Origin: an uncultured Methanomicrobiales archaeon
GTDB lineage: Archaea; Halobacteriota; Methanomicrobia; Methanomicrobiales; Methanospirillaceae
Direction of reading: 5' to 3'
DNA length: 64,000 bases
Assembly (NCBI GenBank): GCA_963758915.1
Contig: CAVWXH010000009.1
Coordinates: 192,001-256,000 of the forward strand
In this document: in pieces, positions 10,435-21,536 of the stretch
Numbering within the stretch: position 1 is the stretch's first letter
How the letters are laid out: each line of letters begins with the position of its first letter
Position numbers and translations under genes: made by a program
Notes under the pieces: generated by a model
Told to the model about the DNA's origin: nothing
The model's database searches: none
The model's input: the letters and a program-made list of their open reading frames with translations, nothing else

Positions 10435-11337
10435 TCAGATCATCATCCAGCCCCAGCTCCCGCTTATTGCACACCCAATCAAAAAACCGATAATTGCCCC
10501 ACCATTTAGTGGAGGGAGCCCGGCTTGGGGTTTTCCCTTATTTACAAACCAAAGGAGGACTATAAGGCCGGCGAGCGATCCAATAATTGCACCCAATGCC
10601 GGAATATTAATAAATGGCAAACCACCCGGTTTTAAGAACATATTGGCCGAAACAACGAGGATCGCAGGCATAATGAGGTCGCCCATCCCCATGACGAATG
10701 CCCCCCGCTCTCCCTCACTAATCTTGCCAATCCCATCCCTGATATATGAATAGCTGACTTTTTTCGGGATAACGAAGAGAATGGGCGTTTTCATCTCCAT
10801 TACTCCTTCTGCAAGGGTGATCATATGCCGGGTCTTGTAGACCGAGATGGCATCATAAATCGCGAGGAGGACAAGCAGGATTATTACCGGAATAATACCA
10901 AGCGAGATGCCAAAAATTGACGCCGCACCTGCGGCAATAAGTATTCCGAGTGTGTCAATGACATACCATTCCGGATACAGGTACAGGAGAGCAATCGCAA
11001 GCCCGGAAAGTATGAGGGGCATGACCACTGCGATGATCCCGTTACTGGTAAAGAGGGTTACAATGGAGCTGAAAATATAAACAAACGTAAAGAAAATCGA
11101 AACCGCAATAATTGCGACAATAAGTTGTTTATAGCGATATTTCAGCAGTACCAGGAGCACGGCGGTGAATGCAAGGAGTATCGCGATAAAGATCAGGGGA
11201 TTTAACATTGACGAAGGGTCTTCGAAAGCTGTGATTCCTGCCTCTTTCATCGGTAGCGAGAGAAAAATAGCGCCGATTTCCACGAGGACCATCATTACCA
11301 GCATCCCTGCCAGCGGGACCAGCTGTTTCAACTCCAT
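10435..11337 (-). CDS. Presenilin-family intramembrane aspartyl protease PSH
   Basis: YD (AIYDAISV), GxGD (MGMGDL) and PAL-like (QAGLPPL) motifs; many TM helices. Confidence 0.92.
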   Translation of the reverse strand: MELKQLVPLAGMLVMMVLVEIGAIFLSLPMKEAGITAFEDPSSMLNPLIFIAILLAFTAVLLVLLKYRYKQLIVAIIAVSIFFTFVYIFSSIVTLFTSNGIIAVVMPLILSGLAIALLYLYPEWYVIDTLGILIAAGAASIFGISLGIIPVIILLVLLAIYDAISVYKTRHMITLAEGVMEMKTPILFVIPKKVSYSYIRDGIGKISEGERGAFVMGMGDLIMPAILVVSANMFLKPGGLPFINIPALGAIIGSLAGLIVLLWFVNKGKPQAGLPPLNGGAIIGFLIGCAISGSWGWMMI

Positions 11338-11394
11338 ACCAGAACTCCATTCATCATAGGTAGTTTAATTAGTTGGCCTTCATTATCTAAAAGC

Positions 11395-11709
11395 ATGGAT
11401 ATTCGAGATTACGTGCGCGACATTATTCTGATTATTATCCTCGTAATCGCCACACTCGCACTCGTCACGCGCCTCTGGTATGATAGTACAATTGCCCTGG
11501 GCGCAATGCTGATGATGCTTTCCCTCGGGGGGCTTCTCCTGTCCCAGAGCATCAGGATCCGTTCACTGGAGCGTAGTATCCAGGTGCGTGACAAGGCAAT
11601 CAGGGCGAATCTTGAGGAAATTTCAGCGAAAATGATCCAGAAATACGATGCGAGTGCAGCCCATCTCGATGAGGTCGTCAACGAGTTTGGGAAACGTATC
11701 TACCGGTAG
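11395..11709 (+). CDS. Hypothetical membrane protein (2 TM + coiled coil)
   Basis: Two hydrophobic helices then a heptad-like tail; fills the gap ahead of fen. Confidence 0.7.
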   Translation: MDIRDYVRDIILIIILVIATLALVTRLWYDSTIALGAMLMMLSLGGLLLSQSIRIRSLERSIQVRDKAIRANLEEISAKMIQKYDASAAHLDEVVNEFGKRIYR

Positions 11710-11731
11710 GATAGTAACTCCACAAGGTACC

Positions 11732-12733
11732 ATGGGTGTCGCGTTACGTGATATCATTGCAGACTATAAAGTGCCCCTCGGATGGGAGGCACTCCCCGGA
11801 ATAGCGGCAGTTGACGCCCATAACGCTCTCTACCAGTTCCTTTCAATTATACGCCAGCCTGACGGTACGCCCCTGATGGACACAAAAGGCCGGGTCACAT
11901 CCCATCTTTCCGGTATTCTCTTCAGGAATGCAAATTTCCTTGAACGCGGTATCAGGCCGGTTTATGTTTTCGATGGCCCGCCACCGGATTTTAAACAAAA
12001 GACCATCGAAGAGCGAAGGAGTGCAAGGGTACAGGCTGGAGAGCGCTGGGAGGAGGCGCTTGCAAGGGGCGACACGGAAGAAGCCTATAAGCAGGCGAGG
12101 TCGTCATCAAAAGTCGATCGGGACGTAATTGAAACCTCAAAAGAACTCCTGTCCCTGATGGGGATACCCTGTATCGAGGCACCAAGCGAAGGTGAAGCAC
12201 AGGCTACTCACATGGTTATGCATGGCGATGCATCCTACGTGGTATCGCAGGACTACGATACCCTGCTTTTCGGTGTCCCCATGCTGGTTCGGAACCTCAC
12301 GATAAGCGGTAAACGGAAAATTCACGGGAGGAGTGTCATGTTAAACCCGGAAAAGGTCACCCTGGCGGAGGTTCTGAAAGGACTTGGTATCACCCGCGAG
12401 CAGCTTATCCAGATCGCGGTGCTTATCGGGAACGATTTTAACCCCGGTGTGAAAGGTATCGGCCCGAAGACAGCGCTGAAACTGGTAAAAGAAGGTTCCT
12501 TCGAAAAGACCATGCGTGAAAAGGAGCCGGATTTCGATCCCGGACCGGTTATTGACTTTTTCTTAAACCCGCCTGTCACCAGTGATTATAACCTGGCCTG
12601 GCATCCTCCGGACACGGTTAAGATCGAGGAGATGCTCTGCGGGGAGTATAATTTCTCGGTGGAACGGGTGAGAAAAGCGCTTGAAGGGATTGCAGGGAAA
12701 GCAGGTCAAAAAACACTTGACAAATGGTTTTAG
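11732..12733 (+). CDS. fen: Flap endonuclease-1
   Basis: Start at MGVALRD; DAHNALYQFL, EGEAQA, SQDYD, GNDFNPG.KGIGPKTA; C-terminal PIP box QKTLDKWF. Confidence 0.96.
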   Translation: MGVALRDIIADYKVPLGWEALPGIAAVDAHNALYQFLSIIRQPDGTPLMDTKGRVTSHLSGILFRNANFLERGIRPVYVFDGPPPDFKQKTIEERRSARVQAGERWEEALARGDTEEAYKQARSSSKVDRDVIETSKELLSLMGIPCIEAPSEGEAQATHMVMHGDASYVVSQDYDTLLFGVPMLVRNLTISGKRKIHGRSVMLNPEKVTLAEVLKGLGITREQLIQIAVLIGNDFNPGVKGIGPKTALKLVKEGSFEKTMREKEPDFDPGPVIDFFLNPPVTSDYNLAWHPPDTVKIEEMLCGEYNFSVERVRKALEGIAGKAGQKTLDKWF

Positions 12734-12810
12734 AAATATCCCAGATGAGTGGTTCCCTGATGTTTGAGTTCTCGCTGTAATCCTGAATACCACTACATAT
12801 TTTTTCGTCA

Positions 12811-13109
12811 TTGTTGAAATTCAAATGAATGGGAAGTTTAAAACCCGAATATGATAATTTCCGTAGCAAAATCTCCTTATATTGTTATTTGTCTATAAGC
12901 ATTTTCAGGAGAAATGCTTCTCATAAATTAGATAGCCTGAAAATGATTCACGCTCCAGTGGCTCATGGCCCGCCGATTTGGCGACCCCGGTTGGGATGAG
13001 GGAATGGTCTCTACATTTTTTGAATTTTTCAAGAAACCACAATTGAACCCTGCCCAAAGAGTATCTTATTGGGGGTGGGTCAGGGAGGGGGTGAAACCCC
13101 CTCCTGTCT
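12811..13109 (+). repeat. Dispersed intergenic repeat, copy 2 (B-like module 12811-~12910 + core 12951-13109)
   Basis: CGCTCCAGTGGCTCATGGCCCGCCGATTTGGCGACCCCGGTTGGGAT...CCCTGCCCAAAGA...GGGGGTGAAACCCCCTCCTGTCT. Confidence 0.75.
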
Positions 13110-13190
13110 GCACCTTTTCTTTTTCCTCATTTCATACAACCAAAACAGAATTTTCTTTTTTAAAAAAATAAAGGCCAGATTTAAATTCCA

Positions 13191-13787
13191 TCACTCAATT
13201 TTTCTCCAGGTATGCACAAATCGCTGTGCTGCTGTGAAATGGCCGAACACCCCGAATATTACGAGTAACCACCCGAGTAGCGGCATCCCGAGCACCCCCT
13301 CAGGGAATACCAGTGTCAGGATCCCGGCCACCATGATCAACAGCAGGCGGTCTGCCCGCCCAAGCACCCCGCCATAAAATCTCCCGGCACCTACAGCCTG
13401 GGCCTGGGTCCCGAGATAGGAGGACATGAGGACGCCGGTCAGGGCAAAAATACCAAGCAGCCAGCCGGCATTTCCCCCGCCGATAATTCCGGTGATGATG
13501 AAAATATCTGCATAACGGTCAACCACGTGGTCGAGGAAATCCCCCTTCGGGCTCTGGATATTCATTGCTCGCGCCAGAGCGCCATCCAGTGCATCCAGGC
13601 CCGCATTCAGCGCGACCATAACGACAGCTGCAGCAATATAGTTAAAATAAAAAAATATACCTGCAGCAATTGCTGCGACCAGTGATCCAACGGTCAGAAT
13701 ATTAGGGGTCAGGCCCATTTTCATTGAGGCCGCGATGAAAGGGTTGAACCAGTCCTTAACATGCGGTCTGAAATGGTCAAGGGTCAT
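13191..13787 (-). CDS. CDP-alcohol phosphatidyltransferase (archaetidylinositol-phosphate synthase-like)
   Basis: DALDGALAR...G.FLDHVVDRYAD signature. Confidence 0.9.
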   Translation of the reverse strand: MTLDHFRPHVKDWFNPFIAASMKMGLTPNILTVGSLVAAIAAGIFFYFNYIAAAVVMVALNAGLDALDGALARAMNIQSPKGDFLDHVVDRYADIFIITGIIGGGNAGWLLGIFALTGVLMSSYLGTQAQAVGAGRFYGGVLGRADRLLLIMVAGILTLVFPEGVLGMPLLGWLLVIFGVFGHFTAAQRFVHTWRKIE

Positions 13788-14296
13788 ATCATTGGCTCCA
13801 GGTAGTCCGACCAGTCGTTCTTCCCATAAGAGGAAGGTATCTCCCTCCGGATAAACTGCTCTATATGTTCCACGCAGACGGGGATCGCGGCATATGTTGT
13901 TTCAATTTCAAGAATATGCCCTGGCGGATGAATCTCAAGGGCCTCGACAAGAATCACATCGAGCGCTTCGGCTTCAACATTCTCCCGAATTTTCTCCCAC
14001 GGGTATCCCCGCTTCTCCAGCCTTGATTTGAGGATGTCCGGCCTGCAACGGAGAATGATTACAAGGTCACAAGGGAGGAGATGGGCAAGGTGACCTTCAA
14101 CGAACCCTTCGACTGGCGTGAATGATGCAATCCATGCTTCCTCGTCAATAATAACTGTGTCGCGCTGATTATCAGCCTCAATAATAAATTCCCTGGAGGA
14201 TTCTGTCGCATGGACTACACGGTAACCCCGCTTTTCCAGCTCTTCTGCAATCGCAGACTTTCCTGTACCGGGGGTCCCGGATATCCCGTACATCAT
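13784..14296 (-). CDS. Adenylate kinase, AK6/Fap7 type
   Basis: GTPGTGKS, EGH, RGY..EKIRENVEAE. Confidence 0.88.
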   Translation of the reverse strand: MMYGISGTPGTGKSAIAEELEKRGYRVVHATESSREFIIEADNQRDTVIIDEEAWIASFTPVEGFVEGHLAHLLPCDLVIILRCRPDILKSRLEKRGYPWEKIRENVEAEALDVILVEALEIHPPGHILEIETTYAAIPVCVEHIEQFIRREIPSSYGKNDWSDYLEPMI

Positions 14297-15354
14297 GGAT
14301 TCAGGCGCCCGAAGGCATCAATACACATTGTGTTCTCCCAATCGGCCCCGATACTTACACGGACATAATGGTCTTCGAGACCACGGAAACTCCGGCATGA
14401 CCGGGCAAGCACACCCATGCGGGCGAGACGGTCAACTGCATCATCAGATGTGAGCGGGGCAACGTCCACCATAACGAAATTCGCATCCGACGGCATGACA
14501 GGAAAATTCAACCGCCCTGATAATTCCATTCGCCACCGGATTACCCGTGCCCGGGCCCTTTCAACATGTTGTGTATCTGACAGGGCACCCACTGCCGCGG
14601 CAGCCGATACCGCATTGAGGGTGTGTGGTGTGGCAGCACGGAGGTAATAGGGCCGGAACCATTCCGGCACAAAGGCATACCCAACCCTGAGCCCGGCAAG
14701 TGAGTACGCCTTTGAAAAGGTCCTCCCGATGATCAGGTTATCGAAATCCCGGAGTAACGGGAGATAATCCAGGTCTGAAAACTCTACATATGCATTGTCG
14801 AGGAACAGGACACATTCGATCTCCTTCAGGATTCCCCGGATCACTTCCAGGGAGGTCCCGTTTCCTGTCGGGTTATTGGGGGTGCACAGGAACGCCAGCT
14901 TTGCTTCTTCACACGCTTCGATGAACCCGGCAGGCTCAACGGTAAAACCCGGGCCCCTCGGCACTTCGACGACCCCGGCCCCCTGCGCAATGGCAGAAAG
15001 GCGGTAAAACGAGAAAGTAGGGGTGGAAATCGCGACAAGGTCACCTGGCTCCACAAGTGTCCGGATTGTTGTCTCGATGACCCCGTCCATGCCAACGCCG
15101 GTAACGAAGGGGAAATTCCCATGCGCCGCGACAAGGGCGTCATTCAGGGAGACCTGGCGCTCATCAGGGTAGCGGTTCGCGTTGCAAAGTGCTTCGTAAC
15201 CCTTTTCCAGGGCAATTTCTGAAGGGGGATCCGGATTTTCGTTGCTGGCAAGCCTGGCAACCCGATCAAGACCATGTTGTTTCCCGATCTCCGCAGCGTT
15301 CCTGGCAAAGACATAACCCTCGCTCTGGTAGCAACCCCTAACCGATCGCTTCAT
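14293..15354 (-). CDS. hisC: Histidinol-phosphate aminotransferase
   Basis: LASNENP, NRYP, PNNPTG, RTFSKAYSLAGLRVGY. Confidence 0.9.
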   Translation of the reverse strand: MKRSVRGCYQSEGYVFARNAAEIGKQHGLDRVARLASNENPDPPSEIALEKGYEALCNANRYPDERQVSLNDALVAAHGNFPFVTGVGMDGVIETTIRTLVEPGDLVAISTPTFSFYRLSAIAQGAGVVEVPRGPGFTVEPAGFIEACEEAKLAFLCTPNNPTGNGTSLEVIRGILKEIECVLFLDNAYVEFSDLDYLPLLRDFDNLIIGRTFSKAYSLAGLRVGYAFVPEWFRPYYLRAATPHTLNAVSAAAAVGALSDTQHVERARARVIRWRMELSGRLNFPVMPSDANFVMVDVAPLTSDDAVDRLARMGVLARSCRSFRGLEDHYVRVSIGADWENTMCIDAFGRLNP

Positions 15355-16468
15355 TGACCACCTCTATTACGCGATCTATCTCACTGTCGCTGATAACAAG
15401 GGGGGGCATAAGCCGCAGGTTCCCATCCGCAGCACAGTTTACCAGTACACCCTTTCCGGCACAATTGTCCCGGACGGATACACACCGGTCACCGAGAGTC
15501 ATCCCGATCAGGAGGCCGGCAATCCGGGGGTTATGCCCGGAAAGCCCCTTCCTGAACCGTTCTGCCTTTATGGGAATGGACGGCAGAATATCCTCAATGA
15601 TCCCTATCGTTGCAAGCGCCGCTGCACAAGCGAGCGGACCACCTGCAAACGTGCTCCCGTGCTCACTTTTCTGGAACTCGAGACCTTTCCGGGCCACAAG
15701 AGCACCCATTGGAAAACCACTGGCAATTCCTTTTGCAATTGTCACAATATCCGGCGTTACCCGGGAATGCTGGTAGGCAAACCACTTCCCGGTCCTCGCC
15801 ATCCCGGTCTGTACTTCATCGGCGATCATCAGGGTGCCGTGCTCATCGCAGATCTCCCGGACCCCTTCAAGGAAACCTGGTGGTGGAATGATGACCCCTG
15901 CTTCACCCTGGACAGGTTCAACAAGGACGGCTGCTGTAGTATCATCGACTGCCTTTTTCAGTAATTCGAGGTTGCCGTATTCTACAAATGAACATTCAAG
16001 CCCAAGTGGTTCAAACGGCTCACGGATTGCCGGTTTGTGGGTAACCGCAAGTGACCCTATCGTCCTCCCGTGGAACCCGTGCGCAAATGAAACAAATTTT
16101 TTCCTGCCTGTCCGCACACGGGCCAGCTTCAGCGCTCCATCGTTAGCTTCGGCTCCGGAATTGGAGAAAAACGCCTTTTCAAGACCCGAGATCTCGACAA
16201 GTTTCTTCGCAAGCTCTGCCTGGTGGGGAACATAGTACAGGTTGGAGCAGTGGATCAGGTCATGCGCCTGTTCGCAGATCGCCTTCACCACGGCCGGGTG
16301 ACAATGACCGGTGCTGCACACAGCAATCCCTGCAACGCAGTCAATGTACTCCTTTCCGTCTGAGTCCCATACTAATGATCCCGATCCCCGGGTGATCATC
16401 ATGTCCCGGGTAAATGCGGGCATAACGTACTGTGCATCCAGTTCCCTGAAATTGGATGAATTTTTCAT
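15338..16468 (-). CDS. argD: Acetylornithine aminotransferase
   Basis: Class III PLP: NSGAEAN, FHGRT, EPVQGEAG, DEVQTG, AKG, HGSTFAG. Confidence 0.9.
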   Translation of the reverse strand: MKNSSNFRELDAQYVMPAFTRDMMITRGSGSLVWDSDGKEYIDCVAGIAVCSTGHCHPAVVKAICEQAHDLIHCSNLYYVPHQAELAKKLVEISGLEKAFFSNSGAEANDGALKLARVRTGRKKFVSFAHGFHGRTIGSLAVTHKPAIREPFEPLGLECSFVEYGNLELLKKAVDDTTAAVLVEPVQGEAGVIIPPPGFLEGVREICDEHGTLMIADEVQTGMARTGKWFAYQHSRVTPDIVTIAKGIASGFPMGALVARKGLEFQKSEHGSTFAGGPLACAAALATIGIIEDILPSIPIKAERFRKGLSGHNPRIAGLLIGMTLGDRCVSVRDNCAGKGVLVNCAADGNLRLMPPLVISDSEIDRVIEVVNEAIG

Positions 16469-16590
16469 GTATATCCTTCCTGGTTAGTTATCCTGGTTGT
16501 TCATCTGATTATGTTCCGGTGGAAATAGTATATACCGAATCTTCCTGGCGGGAAAGCCCTGGATGTAAATCCCACCCCATCCCACCCTTT

Positions 16591-17508
16591 TCATTCATAC
16601 TCAATTGTCGCCGGAGGCTTAGGTGTAATGTCATAAACTACCCTTGAAACGCTTCTGATCTGCCCGGTGATCCGGGACTCGATTTTTGCCAGTACCTCGT
16701 ACGGGAGATGGATCGGGTCCGCGGTCATACCATCACGTGAGTTGACCGCACGCACGGCAACTATCCACCCATGGACCCTGTTATCTCCCTTTACCCCGGT
16801 CCCAAGACCCACCACGGCAGCTAAACACTGCCACGGACGGAACTGTTCCACCAGTTCGTCCTCGACAATCCAGTTCGCTTCCCGGACGACCTCAACTTTT
16901 TCAGGGGTAACTTCCCCGATTATCCTGACTGCGAGGCCCGGGCCCGGAAATGGCATCCTGTGCTGGATTTCTGCCGGGAGTCCGAGTGCACCGGCAACAT
17001 CCCGTACCTCGTCCTTGTAAAGGTCACGGAGCGGTTCAATCACGCCTTCAAATTCCATGTGAAGTGGCATACCACCGACATTATGATGGCTCTTGATACC
17101 ACCTTCGCTCTCTATCCGGTCGGGGTAGATCGTCCCCTGCAGGAGCATTTTCGCTCCCGTTAACCTTGCCTCACGTTCGAAAACACGGATGAACTGCTCA
17201 CCAATGGCTTTCCTCTTCGCTTCCGGGTCTGTGATCCCTTTCAGGACTGATAGGAATTCCACCGACGCGTCAACGACCTTGAGGTTCATATCGCCAAACA
17301 GGTGACAGATCCGTTCGGTCTCACCCTTTCTCATGAGCCCGGTATCGACATAAATAGGCACCAGGTTACACCCGATCGCCTTTGCCGCCAGCGCTGCTGC
17401 CACTGAGCTGTCAACCCCGCCTGAAAGGGCCATTACAACGCCCCTGCCGGCCGCAGAATCCCTGATCTCTGTTATTGCCTGATCGATGAATTTTGCTGTA
17501 TTAACCAT
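16591..17508 (-). CDS. guaAB: GMP synthase subunit B (ATP pyrophosphatase)
   Basis: [41 protein letters not shown]. Confidence 0.95.
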   Translation of the reverse strand: MVNTAKFIDQAITEIRDSAAGRGVVMALSGGVDSSVAAALAAKAIGCNLVPIYVDTGLMRKGETERICHLFGDMNLKVVDASVEFLSVLKGITDPEAKRKAIGEQFIRVFEREARLTGAKMLLQGTIYPDRIESEGGIKSHHNVGGMPLHMEFEGVIEPLRDLYKDEVRDVAGALGLPAEIQHRMPFPGPGLAVRIIGEVTPEKVEVVREANWIVEDELVEQFRPWQCLAAVVGLGTGVKGDNRVHGWIVAVRAVNSRDGMTADPIHLPYEVLAKIESRITGQIRSVSRVVYDITPKPPATIEYE

Positions 17509-17522
17509 TCATTCACCTGAAT

Positions 17523-19103
17523 TCAGATTTTTTTATTCCTTTCACGGCATGCGTCCACAAACCCGAGGAACGGGGGTGACGGTCGCGTCGGTCGCGACCT
17601 GAACTCCGGATGGAACTGGGTGGCAAAGAAGAACGGGTGTGCCGGCACCTCGAGGATCTCCATCCTGTCCCCCCAGGCCCCTGAAAACACTACACCTGCC
17701 TTTTCGAGCGTTTCTATGGAGCCCGGGTCTACCTCGTACCGGTGGCGGTGACGCTCAGTGGTCTCGTTACTCCCGTAGAGCTTCTTCGCCAGTGTCCCGT
17801 CCTTAATGGTAACCGGGTAGTTCCCAAGTCTCATCGTGCCACCCAGGTTTTTCACGTTCTCCTGCTCGGGAAGTATTGCTATCACGTGCCGGCCTTCACC
17901 GAACTCTTCGCTCGTGGCATCAGTCCACCCGAGCACATTTCGCGAATACTCGACAACCGCCATCTGGAACCCTAGACACAGGCCGAGGAACGGGATACTT
18001 TTTGTCCTTGCATAGGTGATGGCATCGATCTTTCCCTGTATTCCACGCGGCCCGAAACCACCAGGGACCAGGATCCCGTCATATTCCTCAAGGTGTGACG
18101 GTTCGTACCGTTCTGCATCAAGCCAGCCGATCTTCACCTCGGTAGAAAGGGCACGTCCCGCATGTTTGAGTGCTTCCTTAATACTCAGGTAAACGTCCTC
18201 AATTCCATATTTAGAGACGATGGCAACACTTATGCGGCTAGTGTACTCACGGTTCACCAGGCTGTACCAGTCATTGTTCACCGGTCTCTTCTCAAGGCCC
18301 ATGTGCTTCGAAAGGACATCTGCCAGGCCCTCCTTCTCCATCTCCATCGGGACCTGGTAAATGTCCGGGACCGTTGCTGCACTAATCACGCCTGCCTGCG
18401 GGAGGTCACAGAACGCCGAAATCTTACGTTTCGTGTTGGGGCCGATCGGCTGCTCACTCCTTCCGACGATAATATCCGCGTACAGACCAAGTTCACGGAG
18501 TGCCTTGACCGAGTGCTGGGTCGGCTTGGTCTTCATATCACCCATCGAGTCAGCCGGAATAAGGGTGACATGGATAAGAAGGCTGTCTGCTTCAGGTAGC
18601 TCGCCCCGCATCTGCCTGACCGCTTCAAGGAAGGGCATGCTCTCGATGTCGCCCACCGTACCACCCACTTCCACAAGACACATTTCTGCCTGGTCTCCTC
18701 CGTTGATGGCGGTTTCTGCGGCATTCCTGATACAGGTCTTAATCTGTTCAGTTATGTGGGGAATGATCTGCACGGTCTCGCCGAGGAAATCACCCCGGCG
18801 CTCCATTTCGATAACAGTCCGGTAGACTTTACCGGTTGTGATATTGTGGGTTGCACCGAGGTCGATATCGAGGAACCGCTCGTAATTTCCAAGGTCGAGG
18901 TCTACCTCCCCGCCATCGGAGAGGACGAACACCTCGCCGTGCTGACCGGGATTCATCGTGCCGGCGTCGATATTGAGGTACGGGTCAATTTTTACCGCCG
19001 TTACCTTGTATCCACGACTTTTGAGGATGCGTCCAACAGACGCTGCGGTAATCCCTTTTCCAAGCCCGCTCATTACTCCGCCGGTAATAAAAATATACTT
19101 CAC
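17523..19103 (-). CDS. pyrG: CTP synthase
   Basis: [37 protein letters not shown]. Confidence 0.97.
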   Translation of the reverse strand: MKYIFITGGVMSGLGKGITAASVGRILKSRGYKVTAVKIDPYLNIDAGTMNPGQHGEVFVLSDGGEVDLDLGNYERFLDIDLGATHNITTGKVYRTVIEMERRGDFLGETVQIIPHITEQIKTCIRNAAETAINGGDQAEMCLVEVGGTVGDIESMPFLEAVRQMRGELPEADSLLIHVTLIPADSMGDMKTKPTQHSVKALRELGLYADIIVGRSEQPIGPNTKRKISAFCDLPQAGVISAATVPDIYQVPMEMEKEGLADVLSKHMGLEKRPVNNDWYSLVNREYTSRISVAIVSKYGIEDVYLSIKEALKHAGRALSTEVKIGWLDAERYEPSHLEEYDGILVPGGFGPRGIQGKIDAITYARTKSIPFLGLCLGFQMAVVEYSRNVLGWTDATSEEFGEGRHVIAILPEQENVKNLGGTMRLGNYPVTIKDGTLAKKLYGSNETTERHRHRYEVDPGSIETLEKAGVVFSGAWGDRMEILEVPAHPFFFATQFHPEFRSRPTRPSPPFLGFVDACRERNKKI

Positions 19104-19321
19104 ACTATCCCCCGTTCACCTGTACAGTTATGATTACTCATTATCACTCATTTTATGATAGTTCTATTCCCCTCTGTCACAGGGGACCGGGAAAAAGATG
19201 TATCAGTTGTCCGGTTGCTCCCGTCCGTGCAAAAAAGATTGCGGCCATCTCAAAACCCCTTGTCGGGAGATCTAACCGGATTGCCCCGGGAACCACTAAA
19301 CTATTGGACGGTGGAGAGAGA

Positions 19322-19762
19322 TTACGAAAGACCAGGTTCAGTTTTTTTTACGGTGGATGAAATCGCAAACGAAGCAGAAGAACGGGCGATACTATCCTCC
19401 TGGCCCTCAGGTCGCACATCAGCTTCTGAGAATACCACCCTCCTTCCTTTTTTAATAACACGGCCTTCTGCAACCAGGACCATCCCGGGTCCTGCCCCCC
19501 TCATGAAACTGGTTGATTCTGATATAGTGGCAATGACCTGGTCTTCTTCAAGCAGGGCATAAACAGCAAGCACCATGGCCTCGTCAGCGAGCGCGGTAAA
19601 CATTCCGCCCTGTAAAAAGCCTTCCCCGTTGAGCATATCGTCCCGCACCCTCATGCTGAGCGTGGCCTTCCCATTATCAAGCGAGACCACGTCGATCCCC
19701 ATCAGGCAGAAAAACGGGTTTGCATCCCTCCCTCGATCCCGGATCCTTTCAATATAACTCAT
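19322..19762 (-). CDS. PaaI-family thioesterase (hotdog fold)
   Basis: Start re-assigned to ATG 19762 (MSYIERI); NGEGFLQGGMFTALADEAM. Confidence 0.85.
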   Translation of the reverse strand: MSYIERIRDRGRDANPFFCLMGIDVVSLDNGKATLSMRVRDDMLNGEGFLQGGMFTALADEAMVLAVYALLEEDQVIATISESTSFMRGAGPGMVLVAEGRVIKKGRRVVFSEADVRPEGQEDSIARSSASFAISSTVKKTEPGLS

Positions 19763-19808
19763 TTGTTTCCCTTTAATCTTCGCGAGCGATACAATAAGGG
19801 TTTTGCCG

Positions 19809-20243
19809 CTCTGTAGAATCACACATGAACGGAACGTCCACACCAGGGCTATGAACCCCGTTCAGAATTTCCATATATTGGGGTCCGTTTTGTCATTTCC
19901 AATGAAAATCCCATCGACAATTTCATTCTTTATGCCCGACCGCAGGGCGGCCATAGGCGGTTAATATGAAAATCCCCACTGGCAATTTCATGTTGTATGC
20001 TTGTGGCCCTTCGGCATCATACCTGTTTTCATGGGAAATCCTCTCAAATCTATCTTGCAGATTGGTAATTCCAAAATTGTGTCACGCTATCCGGGCTCAT
20101 GGCCCGCCGCTTTGGCGACCCAGGTTGGGATAGAGGATGAACTCACAATCTCCGAAATTTTTAAGGGATTCTACCGTTGAACCCTGCCCGAAGAATATCT
20201 TAATGGGGGTGGGGCAGGGAGGGGGTGAAACCCCCCCGGGTCT
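19809..20243 (+). repeat. Dispersed intergenic repeat, copy 3 (B module 19809-~19912, A end from 20040, core 20085-20243)
   Basis: CTCTGTAGAATCACACATGAAC...; CCTCTCAAATCTATCTTGCAGATTGG; GGGCTCATGGCCCGCCGCTTTGGCGACCCAGGTTGGGATAG...GGGGGTGAAACCCCC. Confidence 0.75.
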
Positions 20244-20348
20244 GCGTATTTCCTTTTATTTTTTATGACACCGAATGGTTTCAATAAAGCCGGTTTTCCA
20301 AAAAAAAAATCCTGTGTATTCATCTTCTTGTGTGACAATTCTTTCAGC

Positions 20349-20609
20349 ATGCCGGATAAACCATCAAAGGAGAAAGAGGTGACGGAGTTACTCCGTGACC
20401 TGGTATGGCTGAATGCAGTCATCGCAACCGAATTGATCCAGATCACCGAGAACAGTTCGCAAATTCTGCGAAAGAGCCCGCCTCCGGATTCCTGTCTCCG
20501 TGACCACCAGTCACTCCGTGAAACGGCCCTGCTGATAGCAGAGCGTTGCCGGCCGGGAACTGCCTTAATGGAACACCTTACAAAACACCAGCAGGATAAA
20601 TCTGCGTAA
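20349..20609 (+). CDS. Small hypothetical helical protein
   Basis: MPDKPSKEKEVTELLRDLVWLNAVIATELIQITEN...; ATG 20349; protein-like composition with several Cys/His. Confidence 0.6.
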   Translation: MPDKPSKEKEVTELLRDLVWLNAVIATELIQITENSSQILRKSPPPDSCLRDHQSLRETALLIAERCRPGTALMEHLTKHQQDKSA

Positions 20610-20807
20610 TGTATTTGCCATTGCGCCCCGAAACATACAGGTACAACGGTACGGCTGAGTTCGTACCCGGGTGCCTTTGAAAAGCAGTACCCGGGTACAG
20701 CTCCGTTACCACCTGTTACCAGTTACACGGTACCAAGACCGGGCTACATGGAAATATACAGGGCATGATATTGTGAACAAGGTGTGTAAACGGCCTATCT
20801 ATCCGGA

Positions 20808-21536
20808 GTGAGTATACTGGAACAAACAGAGATCAAGGCAGAGATGGCAGCGTGTACCCTTGTTATACCGGCCTATAACGAGGAGGAGCGTATCCATCTC
20901 CTCCTTTCAGATATAACGGGTTCCGACGCAACATTTATTTTTATCTGCGACGGGAACGATAAGACCTCAGAAATAATCCATAATTTTACAACAGCAAATC
21001 CGGATATGCGGATAAGCTGCCTGGAATATCCCGTAAGGCTTGGAAAAGGAAAGGCCATCAGAGAAGGACTTCAAAAAGCAGGCACACCGTTTGCCGGCTA
21101 CATGGATGCGGACGGTTCGACATCAATAGGGGAGATGAATGCCCTTCTTCACGGACTGGGGGATGTGGATGGCGCGATCGGCTCCCGTTACGTTCCCGGG
21201 TCAAAAGTCACCACGCCGCAGGGCATATTCCGGAGGCTTGAGAGCAGGACATTTAATCTTATCATCAGGTTACTCTTTGGCCTGCCGTATAACGACACCC
21301 AGTGCGGGGCGAAAGTCTTTAAATCAGTTCCATTGAAACTTATTCTCCCAAAGGTTACCTCAACCGGGTTCGAATTTGATGTAGAACTGATCTGGCGGAT
21401 GAGAACTACAGGATTTTTGTTAAAGGAACTCCCGATTATCTGGCAGAACCGGGGAGATTCACGGGTAAAGGGCCAGGACGCCTTTTCAATGTTTATGAAC
21501 CTCCTGACACTCAGGTTTGGAAGGGGACATACTTGA
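20808..21536 (+). CDS. Glycosyltransferase family 2 (dolichyl-phosphate glycosyltransferase-like)
   Basis: VIPAYNEE, GKGKA, YMDADGS, DTQCGAK, FEFDVE. Confidence 0.9.
   Translation: MSILEQTEIKAEMAACTLVIPAYNEEERIHLLLSDITGSDATFIFICDGNDKTSEIIHNFTTANPDMRISCLEYPVRLGKGKAIREGLQKAGTPFAGYMDADGSTSIGEMNALLHGLGDVDGAIGSRYVPGSKVTTPQGIFRRLESRTFNLIIRLLFGLPYNDTQCGAKVFKSVPLKLILPKVTSTGFEFDVELIWRMRTTGFLLKELPIIWQNRGDSRVKGQDAFSMFMNLLTLRFGRGHT

Noticed and set aside
12965-13377. ORFs 12965..13171 and 13069..13377 (also 20171..20446)
   Set aside because: They translate the dispersed repeat or the antisense strand of real genes.
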